From an uncultured Gammaproteobacteria bacterium (GTDB taxonomy: Bacteria; Pseudomonadota; Gammaproteobacteria; SZUA-140), in NCBI GenBank assembly GCA_945787155.1, contig CALZHD010000001.1, forward strand, positions 16,817 through 80,816: a stretch of DNA of 64,000 bases, given 5' to 3'. Under the pieces are notes generated by a model. The model made no database searches and was not told the origin of the DNA. It was given only the letters and a program-made list of their open reading frames with translations. Both the position numbers and the translations under genes were made by a program. This document shows, in pieces, positions 36,324-49,681 of this stretch. Positions within the stretch are counted from its first letter, which is position 1, and each line of letters opens with the position of its first letter.

Positions 36324-36824
36324 ATGCAACAAAAACAGGCACGGGTAGCTATTGTCATGGGCAGCAACAGCGACTGGCCCGTGATGCGACAGGCCGCCGA
36401 AATGCTGGCTGAATTCGACGTAACCTATGAGGCACAGGTGGTTTCTGCCCATCGCACCCCTGAATTGATGTTTGAATTCGCCGATCAGGCCCAGTCACGT
36501 GGCATTAAGGTAATTATTGCTGGAGCAGGCGGTGCTGCCCACCTGCCAGGCATGATCGCCGCCAAAACCACCCTGCCAGTACTTGGCGTACCGGTTCCCT
36601 CCCGTTATCTCAAAGGCCAAGACTCCCTGCTCTCGATCGTACAGATGCCGAAGGGCGTGCCCGTCGCCACCTTCGCGATCGGCGAGGCCGGTGCCGCTAA
36701 CGCCGGACTGTTTGCAATCTCGATGCTGGCCAATGCAGATGCCACACTGGCACAGAAACTAACCGCATTCCGTGAGACACAAAAAGAGCGCGTCTTTGCG
36801 ATGACGCTCGACGACCAGCCGTGA
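36324..36824 (+). CDS. purE: N5-CAIR mutase PurE
   Basis: [36 protein letters not shown]. Confidence 0.97.
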   Translation: MQQKQARVAIVMGSNSDWPVMRQAAEMLAEFDVTYEAQVVSAHRTPELMFEFADQAQSRGIKVIIAGAGGAAHLPGMIAAKTTLPVLGVPVPSRYLKGQDSLLSIVQMPKGVPVATFAIGEAGAANAGLFAISMLANADATLAQKLTAFRETQKERVFAMTLDDQP

Positions 36825-37975
36825 ACCACCCCATCATCACTCCACCAGCAACGTTGGCACTGCTGGGTGGCGGCCAGCTTGGCCGCTTTTTCGTCCAGGT
36901 CGCGCATGAACTGGGCTACCGTGTCATCGTACTCGACCCGGATCCAGATGCACCCGCAGGCAAGATTGCCGATGACCATATTGTCGCGGAGTATGATAAC
37001 CAGGCTGCATTGGCTCAACTGAGCCAACAGTGTGCCGCAGCCACCACTGAATTTGAAAATGTCCCGGCAGCGGTACTCCAACAGCTCGCGCAGACGATGC
37101 CGGTCTCCCCTTGCACCGATGCTGTCTCCATTGCCCAGGATCGCATTCGTGAAAAAGGCTTTCTGAGAGACAACTGCTTTACCACCGCACCCTTTATTGC
37201 AGTAGAGACCGAAGCTGATCTCGACCACGCCAATGAAGCTCTATTTCCCGCCATCCTCAAGACCGCACGCTTTGGTTACGACGGTAAAGGTCAGGTCAGG
37301 GTCTCTTCGATCAATGAAGCCAGGGCAGCGCTACGCGAATTTGATAGCCCCTGCATACTGGAGAAGATGTTACCCCTCGACCTTGAGGTCTCAGTAGTCC
37401 TCGCACGCAGTGCCGATGGAGATTGCAGTTGCTTTCCACTGGCAGAGAACAGCCACAGCCACGGCATCCTCGATGTCACCATCGTGCCTGCACGTACAAC
37501 ACTGGCACTGCAACAGCAGGCCGAACAGATGGCATGTGCGCTTGCTAATCAGCTCGGCTATGTCGGCGTGCTGGCGGTAGAGTTTTTCATTAGCAATGGC
37601 GAACTACTGATCAACGAAATCGCACCACGCCCACACAACAGTGGCCACTATACCGTCGATGGTTGTATCACCAGTCAATACGAACAGCAGCTGCGCACAC
37701 TCTGTGGCCTACCACTCGGCTCCCCACAGCTACATAACAGCTCAGTGATGGTTAACCTACTGGGAGACCTATGGTTCCCTGCTGATAGTCATGAAAGTAT
37801 CGAACCCAACTGGCAGCTGCTACATCGAATCCCAAATCTGAAATTACACCTCTATGGCAAGACATCCGCACGCCGTGGGCGTAAGATGGGACACTTCACT
37901 GTGATCGATAATAACGCCGACGAGGCCCTCACCACTGCGATGAAAGCGCGCAAAGCGATCGGTATCCGCGACTAA
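36821..37975 (+). CDS. purK: N5-CAIR synthetase PurK
   Basis: [36 protein letters not shown]; overlaps the purE stop. Confidence 0.97.
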   Translation: MNHPIITPPATLALLGGGQLGRFFVQVAHELGYRVIVLDPDPDAPAGKIADDHIVAEYDNQAALAQLSQQCAAATTEFENVPAAVLQQLAQTMPVSPCTDAVSIAQDRIREKGFLRDNCFTTAPFIAVETEADLDHANEALFPAILKTARFGYDGKGQVRVSSINEARAALREFDSPCILEKMLPLDLEVSVVLARSADGDCSCFPLAENSHSHGILDVTIVPARTTLALQQQAEQMACALANQLGYVGVLAVEFFISNGELLINEIAPRPHNSGHYTVDGCITSQYEQQLRTLCGLPLGSPQLHNSSVMVNLLGDLWFPADSHESIEPNWQLLHRIPNLKLHLYGKTSARRGRKMGHFTVIDNNADEALTTAMKARKAIGIRD

Positions 37976-38011
37976 TCCTCAAATAGCACCCTCAAATCAA
38001 TGTAAGTTGAA

Positions 38012-38197
38012 TTAAGGAGCCTCTGATTAATTCTGGACGGATAGAAATGAGAGTCAAAATATTCAAATGCAAGGCGCTAATCGCAAGTAATACCCAAAGG
38101 GCACACTGTAGCGGGCCTATTGCTAAGATTAGCAACGCAGCAGTTGGATATTTTGGACTCATAGCTACCGTTCATGAATTAATCAGAGGTTCCTTAA
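38012..38197. mobile_element. 186-bp non-coding palindromic element (MITE/ERIC-like)
   Basis: Terminal inverted repeats TTAAGGA(G/A)CCTCTGATTAATTC (21/22 identical); arms pair imperfectly for about 80 bp; internal GCAAGGCG...CAACGCAG. Confidence 0.75.
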
Positions 38198-38242
38198 GCA
38201 TCTATTGAAAGGACTGCTTAAAAATAAACAAGGACATTTAGC

Positions 38243-39409
38243 ATGCAATCAGCATCCCTGTTCCTTTTGACGATCGGCGGAATCCTTCTTCTTGGACTAG
38301 TAACATCAGCACTTGGGCGCCGCACCTTTTTGCCACGAGTGACGCTACTGCTGCTCTTCGGCGCAATCATCGGCAAAGATATGCTCGATATTGTGCCTGC
38401 GGTGTTTTCAGATCACTTTGAAATCATTGCCGATATGGCACTGCTGATGGTGGGTTTCCTGTTGGGCGGAAAACTAACCATGGACTCGCTGAGTCAGTCT
38501 ATAAATAAAGTCCTGTGGATATCAATTAGCGCAGCAATACTGACTGCCATCATTGTAACCCTGGGGCTTTTATGGGCAGGCGTCACAAAGGAAATTGCAA
38601 TTTTACTAGGTTGTATTGCATCAGCCACGGCACCCGCAGCAATTCTCGATGTTGTGCTGGAGTCAGACTACCAGGGCCCCTTTAAAAACCTGTTGCTTTC
38701 AATCGTCGCGCTTGATGATGCATGGGCGTTAGTGCTGTTTAGTATTGGCATCGCAGTAGTGACATCATTAAATGGTGATGCGACAGAGACATCATATTTA
38801 CTGTCAGCCGCAAGGGAAATAGGCGGGGCTTTAATATTAGGATTGTTAATTGGGTTACCCGCCGCATACTTAACAGGAAGGATCAAGCCAGGACAACCCA
38901 TTCTTACCGAAGCGCTAGGGCTGGTGTTTGTCTGTGGCGGCATTGCCCTCTGGCTTGATCTCTCTTTTCTAATTGCATCGATGGTAATGGGCGCTACGGT
39001 CGCAAACCTTGCCAAACATCACGAGCACCCTTTCCACGCCATCGAAGGGATCGAATGGCCATTTATGGTGATCTTCTTTGTCCTGGCAGGCGCGATGCTT
39101 GAACTAAACACACTGCAAGAGATCGGGCTTATTGGCCTTGTCTATATTCTTTGCCGAGCCGCAGGAAAAATAGTCGGCGCGAGAGTCGGCAGTATTATTA
39201 GCCGATCAAACCAGACAACAAAAGACTGGATGGGCGTTGCCCTACTTCCTCAGGCAGGGGTCGCCATCGGCATGGCGCTGGTGGCCTCCAGCCAGTTTCC
39301 TGAGTACAGACAGACATTATTGTCTATCGTGATTAGTTCGACTGTGTTTTTTGAAATTACAGGGCCTGTATTTACTCGCTTAGCCTTGAGGCAGGCACAA
39401 AGAATATAG
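38243..39409 (+). CDS. Cation:proton antiporter (Na+/H+ exchanger family)
   Basis: Highly hydrophobic; ATAPAA, VALDDA, FFVLAGA, LLPQAGVAIG, FEITGP. Confidence 0.85.
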   Translation: MQSASLFLLTIGGILLLGLVTSALGRRTFLPRVTLLLLFGAIIGKDMLDIVPAVFSDHFEIIADMALLMVGFLLGGKLTMDSLSQSINKVLWISISAAILTAIIVTLGLLWAGVTKEIAILLGCIASATAPAAILDVVLESDYQGPFKNLLLSIVALDDAWALVLFSIGIAVVTSLNGDATETSYLLSAAREIGGALILGLLIGLPAAYLTGRIKPGQPILTEALGLVFVCGGIALWLDLSFLIASMVMGATVANLAKHHEHPFHAIEGIEWPFMVIFFVLAGAMLELNTLQEIGLIGLVYILCRAAGKIVGARVGSIISRSNQTTKDWMGVALLPQAGVAIGMALVASSQFPEYRQTLLSIVISSTVFFEITGPVFTRLALRQAQRI

Positions 39410-39522
39410 CAACGTGCCGGACGATCATGACAACTCAGTCAATCACCCTTGTTTCATTTTTTATTCTGTGAAAGCGCCCGGCATCAACCTATAATGAAAC
39501 CAGATTAACCAAAGGTGATGAC

Positions 39523-39594
39523 ATAACCGCTGTGACCCGAGTAATGCTGGATGTACTTAAACCTCATAAGTCGCCCCACCCGATTACTTTGTAG
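39523..39594 (+). pseudogene. 5' remnant of a DUF211-like gene
   Basis: TATAAT at 39490 and SD AAGGTGA, then ATA-ACC-GCT-GTG... reading (I)TAVTRVMLDVLKPHKS before an early stop; LDVLKPH recalled as the DUF211 N-terminal motif. Confidence 0.45.
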
Positions 39595-39794
39595 TCAAAG
39601 CAATGCCAGCAACCACCAGACCATCACTCGCACCTTAGCGGTATTAGACCCAGATACTGCCGGCAACATTCATTTCGCCGTTTTATCAATCATGATTCTC
39701 TGCTAAAAGCCGGTCACAAGCCTACTTGTTGAAGCTAATAGAAAAACGAAACACAACGATAATATACAGTACTATGAAAAATTTGCGGCTCATC

Positions 39795-40280
39795 TTAGCA
39801 AGGCTCTTTCCTTCCAGTGCTCTGTCGTAATCCCACTGCAACGAGCAACAATCCCAATAGTGACATCACCAGATAAAGCAGAGAAGAGATGCCGTGCAAG
39901 CGGCCAAACGCTGCGGCAAGCTCAGAACCCTCGACAATAGGCCCCTGAGTCTTGAGTTCCGCCATCATCGGTTGCAATACGAACAGCATCACGCACACGA
40001 CCAACAGCATCCCCAACAACGCCCAGGCCCGCCATTGACGCAACCACTGCGTGCCGACACACACAATGCTACCGATACATAAGACAATGCCGATGCCGAG
40101 TCCACCCCAGCTGATCACGTTGAACAATTTACCCGCGAGCATTCCGGCAAGCTGTCGATCATCAAGGGATGAAAAGAGGATTGGTGCAGCAATGTAACCA
40201 ATCGCACAAAGGCCTCCTACCCACAGCGCCATCAACAGGCGCTCAATCATCTCGAATCGTTGTACTGTAATCATCGCCAT
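39795..40280 (-). CDS. DUF4149 (TMEM205-like) membrane protein
   Basis: LWVGG..AIGYIAAPILF, AGMLAG.LF, FGRLHGISS; follows greA. Confidence 0.8.
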   Translation of the reverse strand: MAMITVQRFEMIERLLMALWVGGLCAIGYIAAPILFSSLDDRQLAGMLAGKLFNVISWGGLGIGIVLCIGSIVCVGTQWLRQWRAWALLGMLLVVCVMLFVLQPMMAELKTQGPIVEGSELAAAFGRLHGISSLLYLVMSLLGLLLVAVGLRQSTGRKEPC

Positions 40281-40303
40281 CACTAAGTCCTGTATGTGTA
40301 CGT

Positions 40304-40780
40304 TCAGATGTATTTGATTGAGAGAATTTCGTATTCTATGACCCCACCTGGGGCCTGCACGGTGGCGATATCTTCTACTTGCTTGCCAATCAACGCACGT
40401 GCAATCGGTGAACTCACCGAGATCTTATTGACCTTGATATCGGCCTCATCAACACCCACGATCTGGTAGGTAACCTCTTCTCCGGTCTCTTCGTTACTAA
40501 GCCCCACCGTCGCACCAAAGACGATCTTGCCCCCGGCATTCAGCTTGGTGACATCGATGATCTCGGCGTTCCCGAGCTTGGCATCGATCTCGTTAATACG
40601 CCCTTCAATAAAACTCTGCTGCTCCTTAGCCGCATGATATTCCGCATTCTCTTTTAAATCACCATGGGCACGCGCCTCTGCAATCGCTGCGATCACACGT
40701 GGGCGTGCAACAGTCTTCAGTTCTTCCAGTTCTTTACGCAGGCTTTCGGCTCCTGCCAGGGTCAAAGGGACCTTATTCAT
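40304..40780 (-). CDS. greA: Transcription elongation factor GreA
   Basis: [25 protein letters not shown]. Confidence 0.97.
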   Translation of the reverse strand: MNKVPLTLAGAESLRKELEELKTVARPRVIAAIAEARAHGDLKENAEYHAAKEQQSFIEGRINEIDAKLGNAEIIDVTKLNAGGKIVFGATVGLSNEETGEEVTYQIVGVDEADIKVNKISVSSPIARALIGKQVEDIATVQAPGGVIEYEILSIKYI

Positions 40781-43700
40781 GCATTTAACTCCTTATGCAA
40801 GTCTTGTAGGTTATTAACATCATCCTGATCGATCTGCTTGAGCGCCAGCGCCGTGACATGCGCGCCCGCGATCGTTGTGGTGTATGTCACTTTATGTTGT
40901 AACGCGGCTCGTCTAATCTGGCTTGAATCAGATACGGCACGTTTGCCCAACGTGGTATTAATAATAAAACTGACCTCACCGTTCTTGATCATATCGACAA
41001 TATGTGGACGACCTTCGGCAACCTTATTAACCTTCTCTGATGCAATACCCGCCGCATCCAGAGCCTCTTTGGTGCCACGAGTCGCAACGATGTCATAATT
41101 CATTTCACCCAGCATGCGCGCAACCTCAACCGCCTTAGGCTTATCGCCATCACGCACGCTGATAAAGACGCGCCCACCACGCGGCAGCTCAACGCTCGCA
41201 CCCAGCTGGGCTTTCGCAAATGCTTCAGCGAAAGTCCGCCCAACCCCCATCACTTCACCGGTTGATTTCATCTCCGGTCCCAGCAACGTATCGACGCCCG
41301 GGAACTTGGCAAACGGGAATACTGCCTCTTTAACCGAATAGTATTCAGGCACAATTTCTTTAGTCACGCCTTGCTCGGCAAGTGTTGTACCCGCCATACA
41401 GCGCGCACCAATCTGCGCCAGTGATATGCCACACGCCTTTGAAACAAATGGCACGGTACGTGATGCGCGAGGATTAACCTCAAGCACGTAAATATCATTA
41501 TCCTTAATCGCAAACTGGATATTCATCAGCCCTTTCACTTTAAGGCCAAGTGCCAACTGCTTAGTCTGCACCCGTACTTGATCTACGATCACAGGATCAA
41601 GGCTATACGTTGGCAGTGAACAGGCCGAATCACCGGAGTGAATTCCCGCCTGTTCGATATGCTGCATGATGCCGCCAATCACAACCGCCGTGCCGTCACT
41701 GACCGCATCAACATCGATCTCGATCGCATCGCTGAGGAAATGATCCAGCAACACCGGCGAATCGTTAGAGACCTGTACTGCCTCGGTCATGTAACGTTTC
41801 AGATCATCTTCGTTGTGTACGATTTCCATCGCGCGGCCACCCAATACATAGGATGGGCGTACCACCAGCGGAAAACCGATATCCTTCGCCAGTTCAACCG
41901 CCTGTGCTTCGTTACGCGCCGTGGCATTGGGTGGCTGCTGTAAGCCCAGCGTCTGGATCAATTGCTGAAAACGCTCACGGTCTTCGGCAAGATCGATCGC
42001 ATCCGGCGAGGTACCGATGATCGGCGTGCCCGCCGCCTCCAGCGCACGGGCCAGCTTCAACGGCGTCTGTCCTCCGTACTGCACAATCACACCTTTCGGT
42101 TTTTCAACCGCGATAATCTCCAGTACATCTTCCAGTGTCAGCGGTTCGAAATAGAGACGATCCGAAGTATCGTAATCGGTTGAAACGGTCTCAGGGTTAC
42201 AGTTGACCATGATCGTTTCGTAACCATCTTCACGCATCGCAAAGGCCGCCTGTACACAGCAGTAATCAAATTCGATTCCCTGCCCGATACGGTTAGGGCC
42301 ACCGCCCAACACCATGATTTTATCGCGTGTCGAAGGGGCCGCCTCACACTCCTCTTCGTAGGTCGAATAGAGATAGGCGGTGCTTGATGCAAACTCGGCC
42401 GCACAGGAATCGACCCGTTTATAAACAGGATGAATATCGAGTTCGTTACGCAGTGCGCGTAGTTTATCTTCGTGCGATTGCAACAGCGTCGCGAGACGAC
42501 GATCAGAGAAACCTTTACGCTTCAATGCATACAGTTCGTCACGTGCAAAACTCTCCAGTGAACGTCCCTTGATGCCCTTTTCGAGCGCGACCAGCTGTTC
42601 GATCTGCACCAGAAACCATGGGTCAACCATGCACAGGCCAAAGACCTCTTCGACCGACAGACCGTAACGGAAAGCGTCAGCGATATACCAGATGCGATCT
42701 GGCCCTGGGGTACCCAGCTCCTGCTGAATGATCTCAAGCGCATCTTCCGCAGCAACATCGATCATCTCGTTGAGACCATCCATGCCAGTTTCAAGTCCAC
42801 GCAATGCCTTCTGCAGTGACTCCTGAAAGGTGCGCCCAATCGCCATCACTTCACCGACGGACTTCATCTGCGTGGTCAAATGCGAATCGGCTTTAGGGAA
42901 TTTCTCAAAGGTAAAGCGCGGTACTTTTGTCACAATATAATCGATGGTCGGTTCGAACGACGCCGGGGTCGCGCCCCCGGTGATTTCGTTGCTCAACTCA
43001 TCAAGGGTGTAGCCAATCGCAAGCTTTGCCGCAACACGCGCGATGGGGAAACCGGTCGCCTTCGATGCCAGCGCCGATGAACGTGACACCCGCGGGTTCA
43101 TCTCAATGATGATTAGGCGACCATCGACAGGATTGATGCCAAACTGCACGTTGGAACCACCGGTCTCAACGCCCACCTTGCGTAGTACAGCGAGTGAAGC
43201 ATCGCGCAGCTTCTGATATTCCTTATCGGTCAGCGTCAGCGCGGGCGCGATGGTGATTGAATCACCGGTATGCACCCCCATCGGATCGAAGTTCTCGATC
43301 GAGCAGATGATGATGCAGTTGTCATTACGATCACGCACCACCTCCATCTCATACTCTTTCCAGCCCACCAACGACTCTTCGATCAGCAGCTCATTGGTCG
43401 GTGATAGATCGAGGCCACGTTCGCAGATCTCGACAAACTCCTCACGGTTGTAGGCAATACCACCGCCGCTACCACCGAGCGTAAACGACGGACGAATCAC
43501 CGTCGGAAAACCCACCTTCTTCTGTACCTGAAACGCCTCTTCCATACTGTGGGCGATGCTGGAACGCGGCGACTCAAGGCCGATACTATCCATCGCCTTG
43601 CGGAAACGGTCACGATCTTCAGCCATATCGATGGCGTCAATAGAGGCGCCGATCATCGCCACGCCGAATTTTTCAAGCACCCCTTCACGGGCAAGATCGA

Positions 43701-43998
43701 GCGCACAGTTCAGTGCCGTCTGTCCACCCATGGTGGGCAACAACGCATCTGGACGTTCTTTTTCGATGACTTTGGCAACGGTCTGCCAACGCACCGGTTC
43801 AACGTAGGTGGCATCTGCCATCTCGGGGTCGGTCATAATCGTTGCTGGATTGGAGTTCACCAACACCACGCGATAGCCCTCTTCGCATAACGCCTTACAG
43901 GCCTGCGCACCAGAATAGTCGAACTCACACGCCTGGCCGATGATGATGGGACCGGCGCCAATCACTAGAACACTTTTTATATCAGTACGTTTTGGCAT
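40777..43998 (-). CDS. carB: Carbamoyl-phosphate synthase large subunit
   Basis: [17 protein letters not shown], duplicated ATP-grasp domains; 1073 aa. Confidence 0.98.
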   Translation of the reverse strand: MPKRTDIKSVLVIGAGPIIIGQACEFDYSGAQACKALCEEGYRVVLVNSNPATIMTDPEMADATYVEPVRWQTVAKVIEKERPDALLPTMGGQTALNCALDLAREGVLEKFGVAMIGASIDAIDMAEDRDRFRKAMDSIGLESPRSSIAHSMEEAFQVQKKVGFPTVIRPSFTLGGSGGGIAYNREEFVEICERGLDLSPTNELLIEESLVGWKEYEMEVVRDRNDNCIIICSIENFDPMGVHTGDSITIAPALTLTDKEYQKLRDASLAVLRKVGVETGGSNVQFGINPVDGRLIIIEMNPRVSRSSALASKATGFPIARVAAKLAIGYTLDELSNEITGGATPASFEPTIDYIVTKVPRFTFEKFPKADSHLTTQMKSVGEVMAIGRTFQESLQKALRGLETGMDGLNEMIDVAAEDALEIIQQELGTPGPDRIWYIADAFRYGLSVEEVFGLCMVDPWFLVQIEQLVALEKGIKGRSLESFARDELYALKRKGFSDRRLATLLQSHEDKLRALRNELDIHPVYKRVDSCAAEFASSTAYLYSTYEEECEAAPSTRDKIMVLGGGPNRIGQGIEFDYCCVQAAFAMREDGYETIMVNCNPETVSTDYDTSDRLYFEPLTLEDVLEIIAVEKPKGVIVQYGGQTPLKLARALEAAGTPIIGTSPDAIDLAEDRERFQQLIQTLGLQQPPNATARNEAQAVELAKDIGFPLVVRPSYVLGGRAMEIVHNEDDLKRYMTEAVQVSNDSPVLLDHFLSDAIEIDVDAVSDGTAVVIGGIMQHIEQAGIHSGDSACSLPTYSLDPVIVDQVRVQTKQLALGLKVKGLMNIQFAIKDNDIYVLEVNPRASRTVPFVSKACGISLAQIGARCMAGTTLAEQGVTKEIVPEYYSVKEAVFPFAKFPGVDTLLGPEMKSTGEVMGVGRTFAEAFAKAQLGASVELPRGGRVFISVRDGDKPKAVEVARMLGEMNYDIVATRGTKEALDAAGIASEKVNKVAEGRPHIVDMIKNGEVSFIINTTLGKRAVSDSSQIRRAALQHKVTYTTTIAGAHVTALALKQIDQDDVNNLQDLHKELNA

Positions 43999-44057
43999 TT
44001 TTTATTTCAGTAAAAGGTCACAATAAAGGTTCACGTAATAGTCCGTTACTTGATTCA

Positions 44058-45191
44058 TTAACGCTGTTGCATCAGCTCAATAAAGTGATCGAACAGAAAG
44101 GCGGCATCATGCGGCCCCGGACTTGCCTCAGGATGCCCCTGAAAACCGAAGGCTGGTTTTTCAGTGTGGTGTATCCCCTGTAGCGATTGATCAAACAGCG
44201 AGCGATGTGTCGCGCGCAGCGTGGCAGGTAATGTCGCCTCGGCCACTGCAAAACCGTGATTTTGACTGGTGATCATCACCGCACCGCTATCGAGGTCCTG
44301 CACGGGGTGGTTGGCACCGTGGTGACCGAACTTCATCTTCTCGCTCTCGGCACCACAGGCAAGTGCTAGCAGTTGATGACCAAGGCAGATACCAAACATC
44401 GGGATATCGGTCGTTTCGATAAAGGTACGAATCGCGTTGATGGCATAATCACACGGCGCAGGATCACCCGGCCCGTTCGATAAAAATATCCCATCGGGCT
44501 GCATCGCAAGCACCTCACTGGCGGGTGTCTGCGCGGGCACTACCGTCACATTACAGCCACGCTCCACCAGGATGCGCAGAATATTTCGTTTTACCCCAAA
44601 GTCATAGGCAACTACGTTGAATCGGTGGCCGTCTGCTGCGTGCTGTATGGTTGAGGTTGACCAGCGCCCGACACCCTGATCCCATGGATAGGATTTGTCT
44701 GTCGTCACCTCTTTGGCAAGGTCCATCCCCTTCAAGCCAGGAAAACCACGTGCTGCTGCTATCGCAGCTGCTTCATCGATCTTCTGACCGGTGACGATAC
44801 AGCCATTTTGCGCGCCTTTATCGCGCAGGATTCGGGTCAGACGGCGGGTGTCGATATCTGCAATACCGATAACGTTATTACGTTCAAGATAAGTGGCTAG
44901 TGGCGCTTCGGCACGCCAGTTGCTATGGGTCAGTGGCAGGTCACGAATCACCAGTCCGCTGGCGGCAATCCCGCCCGACTCTTCATCATCGGCGTTGACG
45001 CCAACATTACCAATATGTGGCTGGGTCAGGGTCACGATCTGCTTTGAATAGGAGGGATCGGTGAGGATCTCCTGGTAACCCGTGATCGAGGTATTAAACA
45101 CCACCTCACCCGTCGTCTCACCTTCAGCGCCAATGGCACTTCCCCAGAACACACTTCCATCTTCAAGGGCTAATAAGGCAGGTAGCGACAC
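44058..45191 (-). CDS. carA: Carbamoyl-phosphate synthase small subunit
   Basis: [26 protein letters not shown]. Confidence 0.98.
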   Translation of the reverse strand: MSLPALLALEDGSVFWGSAIGAEGETTGEVVFNTSITGYQEILTDPSYSKQIVTLTQPHIGNVGVNADDEESGGIAASGLVIRDLPLTHSNWRAEAPLATYLERNNVIGIADIDTRRLTRILRDKGAQNGCIVTGQKIDEAAAIAAARGFPGLKGMDLAKEVTTDKSYPWDQGVGRWSTSTIQHAADGHRFNVVAYDFGVKRNILRILVERGCNVTVVPAQTPASEVLAMQPDGIFLSNGPGDPAPCDYAINAIRTFIETTDIPMFGICLGHQLLALACGAESEKMKFGHHGANHPVQDLDSGAVMITSQNHGFAVAEATLPATLRATHRSLFDQSLQGIHHTEKPAFGFQGHPEASPGPHDAAFLFDHFIELMQQR

Positions 45192-45212
45192 ATTCTTCTC
45201 CAGCAGATAGAC

Positions 45213-45244
45213 AAAACGGGAAGAGCCATGAACTCATCCCGCTT
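45213..45244 (-). promoter_or_regulatory. Terminator-like hairpin in the carA leader (possible attenuator)
   Basis: Minus strand AAGCGGGATGAG-TTCATGG-CTCTTCCCG-TTTT, about 20 nt before the GTG. Confidence 0.5.
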
Positions 45245-45395
45245 AAAGAAACACATTATATTTGTTTGATTGTCTACGCAGCCAGCCTGGTATCAAGGTA
45301 TCACGCTGTTCAGACGACAGGATTTTACCCTATCTGAATGGAGGGTGTCCATCCAACATCACGATCGATGCGGGAAAAGAAGATAGATGACGACG

Positions 45396-46232
<837 letters not shown>

Positions 46233-46280
46233 TTATCTACATCCCATTGCTCACCGCTAGTACGGCATCCCTGGGGATTC

Positions 46281-46310
46281 CAAAGGGGAGAGGGCCTTTT
46301 CTCCCCTTTG
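46281..46310 (-). terminator. Hairpin immediately after the dnaJ stop
   Basis: CAAAGGGGAGA-N8-TCTCCCCTTTG. Confidence 0.55.
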
Positions 46311-46311
46311 G

Positions 46312-47454
46312 TTATATTTTTAAGTCTTCAAAAAACTTCTTCACCCCACCAAACCACGTGTGAGACTTAGGGCTGTGCTTACTGCCAGCATCTGCCAATG
46401 TCCCCTCGAACTCCTGCAAAATCTCTTTCTGCTGGGCACTGAGACTGACCGGGGTCTCAACAATCACTTTGCACAGCAGGTCACCCACTGCACCACCGTG
46501 AACCGACTTGACCCCCTTTTCCCGCAGGCGGAAAACACGTCCGGTTTGGGTTTCAGCGGGGACTTTCAACTTCACACGACCGGAGAGTGTCGGCACATCC
46601 AGTTCACCACCCAGTGCAGCCGTCACAAAACTGATCGGCATCTCGCAATAGAGGTTGCTGCCATCACGTGAGAAGATCGAGTGCGCACGCACGCGCACCT
46701 GCACATAGAGATCACCGGCAGGCCCACCATTCTCGCCCGCCTCGCCTTCTCCAGAGAGCCGAATGCGATCACCGCTATCAACACCCGCGGGGATCTTCAC
46801 CGACAATGTCTTCTGTTCCTGCTTACGCCCTTCACCATGACAGTCACCGCAGGGAGATGAGATCGTCTTACCCTTACCTTTACATTTGGGACATGCCTGC
46901 TGGATCGAAAAGAAACCCTGCTGCATTCGCACCTGGCCCTGTCCATTACAGGTGGCACAGACCGTTGGTAAACTACCCTTCTTGGCGCCGCTACCACTAC
47001 AAGTTTCACACTTAACTTTGGTAGGCAGACGCACCTTAACCGTTGTGCCCTGCACCGCATCTTCGAGACTCAGGTCGAGGTCGTAGCGCAGATCGGCACC
47101 ACGATAAGCCTGCTGACCACCGCCACCTGCACCACGTGCACCGCCAAAGATATCGCCGAAGACATCGTCAAAAATATCACTAAAATTACCACTACCCCCA
47201 CGGGCACCACCAAAACCACCCGCAGAAGGATCAACCCCTGCATGACCAAACTGGTCATAGGCAGCACGCTTTTGCGCATCGGTGAGTGTCTCGTAAGCCT
47301 CTTTGGCCTCCTTAAATTTCTCTTCAGCCCCCTTGTTATCGGGGTTACGATCCGGGTGATGCTTCATCGCCAGACGTCGGTAAGCCTTTTTCAACTCGGC
47401 ATCCGAGGCATTTTTCGCCACCCCAAGTACCTCGTAGTAATCCCTTTTCGCCAT
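46312..47454 (-). CDS. dnaJ: Chaperone DnaJ
   Basis: J-domain HPD, G/F-rich region, four CxxCxGxG repeats. Confidence 0.98.
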   Translation of the reverse strand: MAKRDYYEVLGVAKNASDAELKKAYRRLAMKHHPDRNPDNKGAEEKFKEAKEAYETLTDAQKRAAYDQFGHAGVDPSAGGFGGARGGSGNFSDIFDDVFGDIFGGARGAGGGGQQAYRGADLRYDLDLSLEDAVQGTTVKVRLPTKVKCETCSGSGAKKGSLPTVCATCNGQGQVRMQQGFFSIQQACPKCKGKGKTISSPCGDCHGEGRKQEQKTLSVKIPAGVDSGDRIRLSGEGEAGENGGPAGDLYVQVRVRAHSIFSRDGSNLYCEMPISFVTAALGGELDVPTLSGRVKLKVPAETQTGRVFRLREKGVKSVHGGAVGDLLCKVIVETPVSLSAQQKEILQEFEGTLADAGSKHSPKSHTWFGGVKKFFEDLKI

Positions 47455-47506
47455 ATTCTTTGCCTAAATCTCTAATTCTGAATAAATGTTTTCTACGTAC
47501 CAAACA

Positions 47507-47538
47507 TAAAGACGCGGGGCGTAAACCCCGCGTCTTTA
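47507..47538 (-). terminator. Strong hairpin between dnaK and dnaJ
   Basis: TAAAGACGCGGGG-CGTAAA-CCCCGCGTCTTTA (13-bp perfect stem). Confidence 0.75.
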
Positions 47539-47638
47539 ATGCCCATCCTGATCAGCTGCATCAATCACATACATTACCCACTCCGCATTGTAGTGCAAAT
47601 GGAGAAACGTGAAATGATCGCACCTCATCGCTCAAAGA

Positions 47639-49582
47639 TTACTTCTTTTTATCATCCTTCACTTCTTCAAACTCGGCATCCACAACATTCTCGCTGCCTG
47701 CACCTTCATTTTCGCTTGAAGAAGCACTCTCCTGTGCCGCTTCTGCCGCACCTTCAGCGCCACCCTGCTGTGCATAGGCTTTTTCTGCGATCTTAGCAGA
47801 GGCTTCGGTCAACACCTTGGTCTTCGCTTCAATCTGCTCCAGGTCATCGCCCTGTAATACACCCTTAAGGTCTTCGATCGCCGCTTCGATCTTACTCTTC
47901 TCTTCAGCGTCGATTTGATCGCCCAGATCTTCAACAGACTTGTTAACCGCGTGGATCATGTTATCCGCCTGATTACGCGCCGCCACCAGCTCATGGAATT
48001 TACGATCATCTTCCGCATGCGCCTCGGCATCCGAGACCATCTGTGCAACCTCTTCATCCGACAAACCACTAGAGGCCTTGATCACAATCGACTGCTCTTT
48101 GCCGGTCGCTTTATCTTTTGCAGAAACATTGAGGATACCATTGGCATCGATGTCGAAGCTCACCTCAATCTGTGGCACACCACGCTGTGCGGGTGGGATG
48201 TCACTCAGATCAAATCGACCCAGCGATTTATTGGCTGTAGCCACTTCACGCTCACCCTGCAACACATGCACGGTCACTGCGGTCTGATTATCATCAGCGG
48301 TCGAAAACACCTGACTCGCCTTGGTAGGGATGGTGGTATTCTTTTCGATCAGCTTGGTCATCACGCCGCCCATGGTTTCGATACCCAGAGACAACGGGGT
48401 CACGTCAAGCAGCAGTACGTCTTTAACGTCGCCACCGAGTACACCGCCCTGAATCGCAGCGCCAACAGCGACCGCTTCATCTGGGTTAACATCCTTACGT
48501 GGCTCACGACCAAAGAAATTTTGCACCGCTTCCTGCACCATCGGCATACGGGTCTGACCACCAACCAGGATCACATCATTAATATCAGAGGCACTAAGCC
48601 CTGCATCTTTCAATGCAATTTTACAGGGCTCAATGGTGCCCATGACGAGCTCTTCTACCAGAGACTCCAGCTTGGCACGCGTCATCTTGATGTTTAGATG
48701 CTTAGGACCACTGGCATCAGCGGTAATGTATGGCAAATTGACATCTGTCTGCTGGCTCGAAGAGAGTTCAATCTTCGCCTTCTCTGCCGCCTCTTTCAGA
48801 CGCTGCAGTGCCAGTGGATCATTATGTAGATCAACCCCAGAGTCTTTCTTGAATTCGTCAGAGAGATAGTCGATCAGACGGGTATCAAAATCTTCACCAC
48901 CGAGGAAGGTATCACCATTGGTCGACAGCACTTCAAACTGGTGCTCACCCTCAATCTCAGCGATCTCAATGATTGAGATATCAAAGGTACCGCCACCCAG
49001 ATCATAAACCGCAATCTTGGAATCACCACGATTCTTGTCCATGCCGTAGGCTAGTGCCGCCGCGGTGGGCTCATTGATGATACGCTTCACTTCAAGACCC
49101 GCGATCTTGCCCGCATCCTTGGTTGCCTGACGCTGCGAATCGTTAAAATAGGCTGGTACAGTGATAACCGCTTCAGTCACCTCTTCACCAAGAAAATCTT
49201 CGGCGGTCTTTTTCATCTTCATCAAGACACGTGCGGAGACCTCAGGAGCGGCCATCTTGTTACCATTGACTTCAACCCAGGCATCGCCGTTATCGGCCTT
49301 AACGATATTATAGGGCACCAGTTTGATATCACGTTGTACCACTTCTTCATCAAAGCGACGCCCGATTAGACGCTTGATTGCAAACAGGGTGTTGATAGGG
49401 TTGGTGACCGCCTGACGCTTGGCCGACATTCCCACCAGAATTTCGTTGTCATCGGTGTAGGCAACAACAGATGGAGTGGTACGGTTACCCTCGCTGTTCT
49501 CGAGCACACGCGGCTTATCACCATCCATCACTGCTACACAAGAGTTGGTGGTACCCAAGTCAATACCAATAATTTTTCCCAT
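47639..49582 (-). CDS. dnaK: Chaperone DnaK
   Basis: [24 protein letters not shown]. Confidence 0.98.
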   Translation of the reverse strand: MGKIIGIDLGTTNSCVAVMDGDKPRVLENSEGNRTTPSVVAYTDDNEILVGMSAKRQAVTNPINTLFAIKRLIGRRFDEEVVQRDIKLVPYNIVKADNGDAWVEVNGNKMAAPEVSARVLMKMKKTAEDFLGEEVTEAVITVPAYFNDSQRQATKDAGKIAGLEVKRIINEPTAAALAYGMDKNRGDSKIAVYDLGGGTFDISIIEIAEIEGEHQFEVLSTNGDTFLGGEDFDTRLIDYLSDEFKKDSGVDLHNDPLALQRLKEAAEKAKIELSSSQQTDVNLPYITADASGPKHLNIKMTRAKLESLVEELVMGTIEPCKIALKDAGLSASDINDVILVGGQTRMPMVQEAVQNFFGREPRKDVNPDEAVAVGAAIQGGVLGGDVKDVLLLDVTPLSLGIETMGGVMTKLIEKNTTIPTKASQVFSTADDNQTAVTVHVLQGEREVATANKSLGRFDLSDIPPAQRGVPQIEVSFDIDANGILNVSAKDKATGKEQSIVIKASSGLSDEEVAQMVSDAEAHAEDDRKFHELVAARNQADNMIHAVNKSVEDLGDQIDAEEKSKIEAAIEDLKGVLQGDDLEQIEAKTKVLTEASAKIAEKAYAQQGGAEGAAEAAQESASSSENEGAGSENVVDAEFEEVKDDKKK

Positions 49583-49652
49583 ATCCTGAATCTCCGTAGT
49601 TAAATCTGTTATTACTTACTGTTTACTAAAATCTTATTAAACTTGCATTTCT

Positions 49653-49681
49653 ATATAGAGATGATGATTCGGCTTTTCAAG
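49653..49681 (-). promoter_or_regulatory. Sigma32-like promoter of dnaK
   Basis: Minus strand CTTGAAA-N14-CTCTATAT (consensus CTTGAAA-N13/14-CCCCATNT). Confidence 0.7.

Noticed and set aside
47915..48697. 260-aa ORF antisense to dnaK
   Set aside because: Long antisense frames are expected opposite highly conserved, codon-biased genes such as dnaK; no independent motifs
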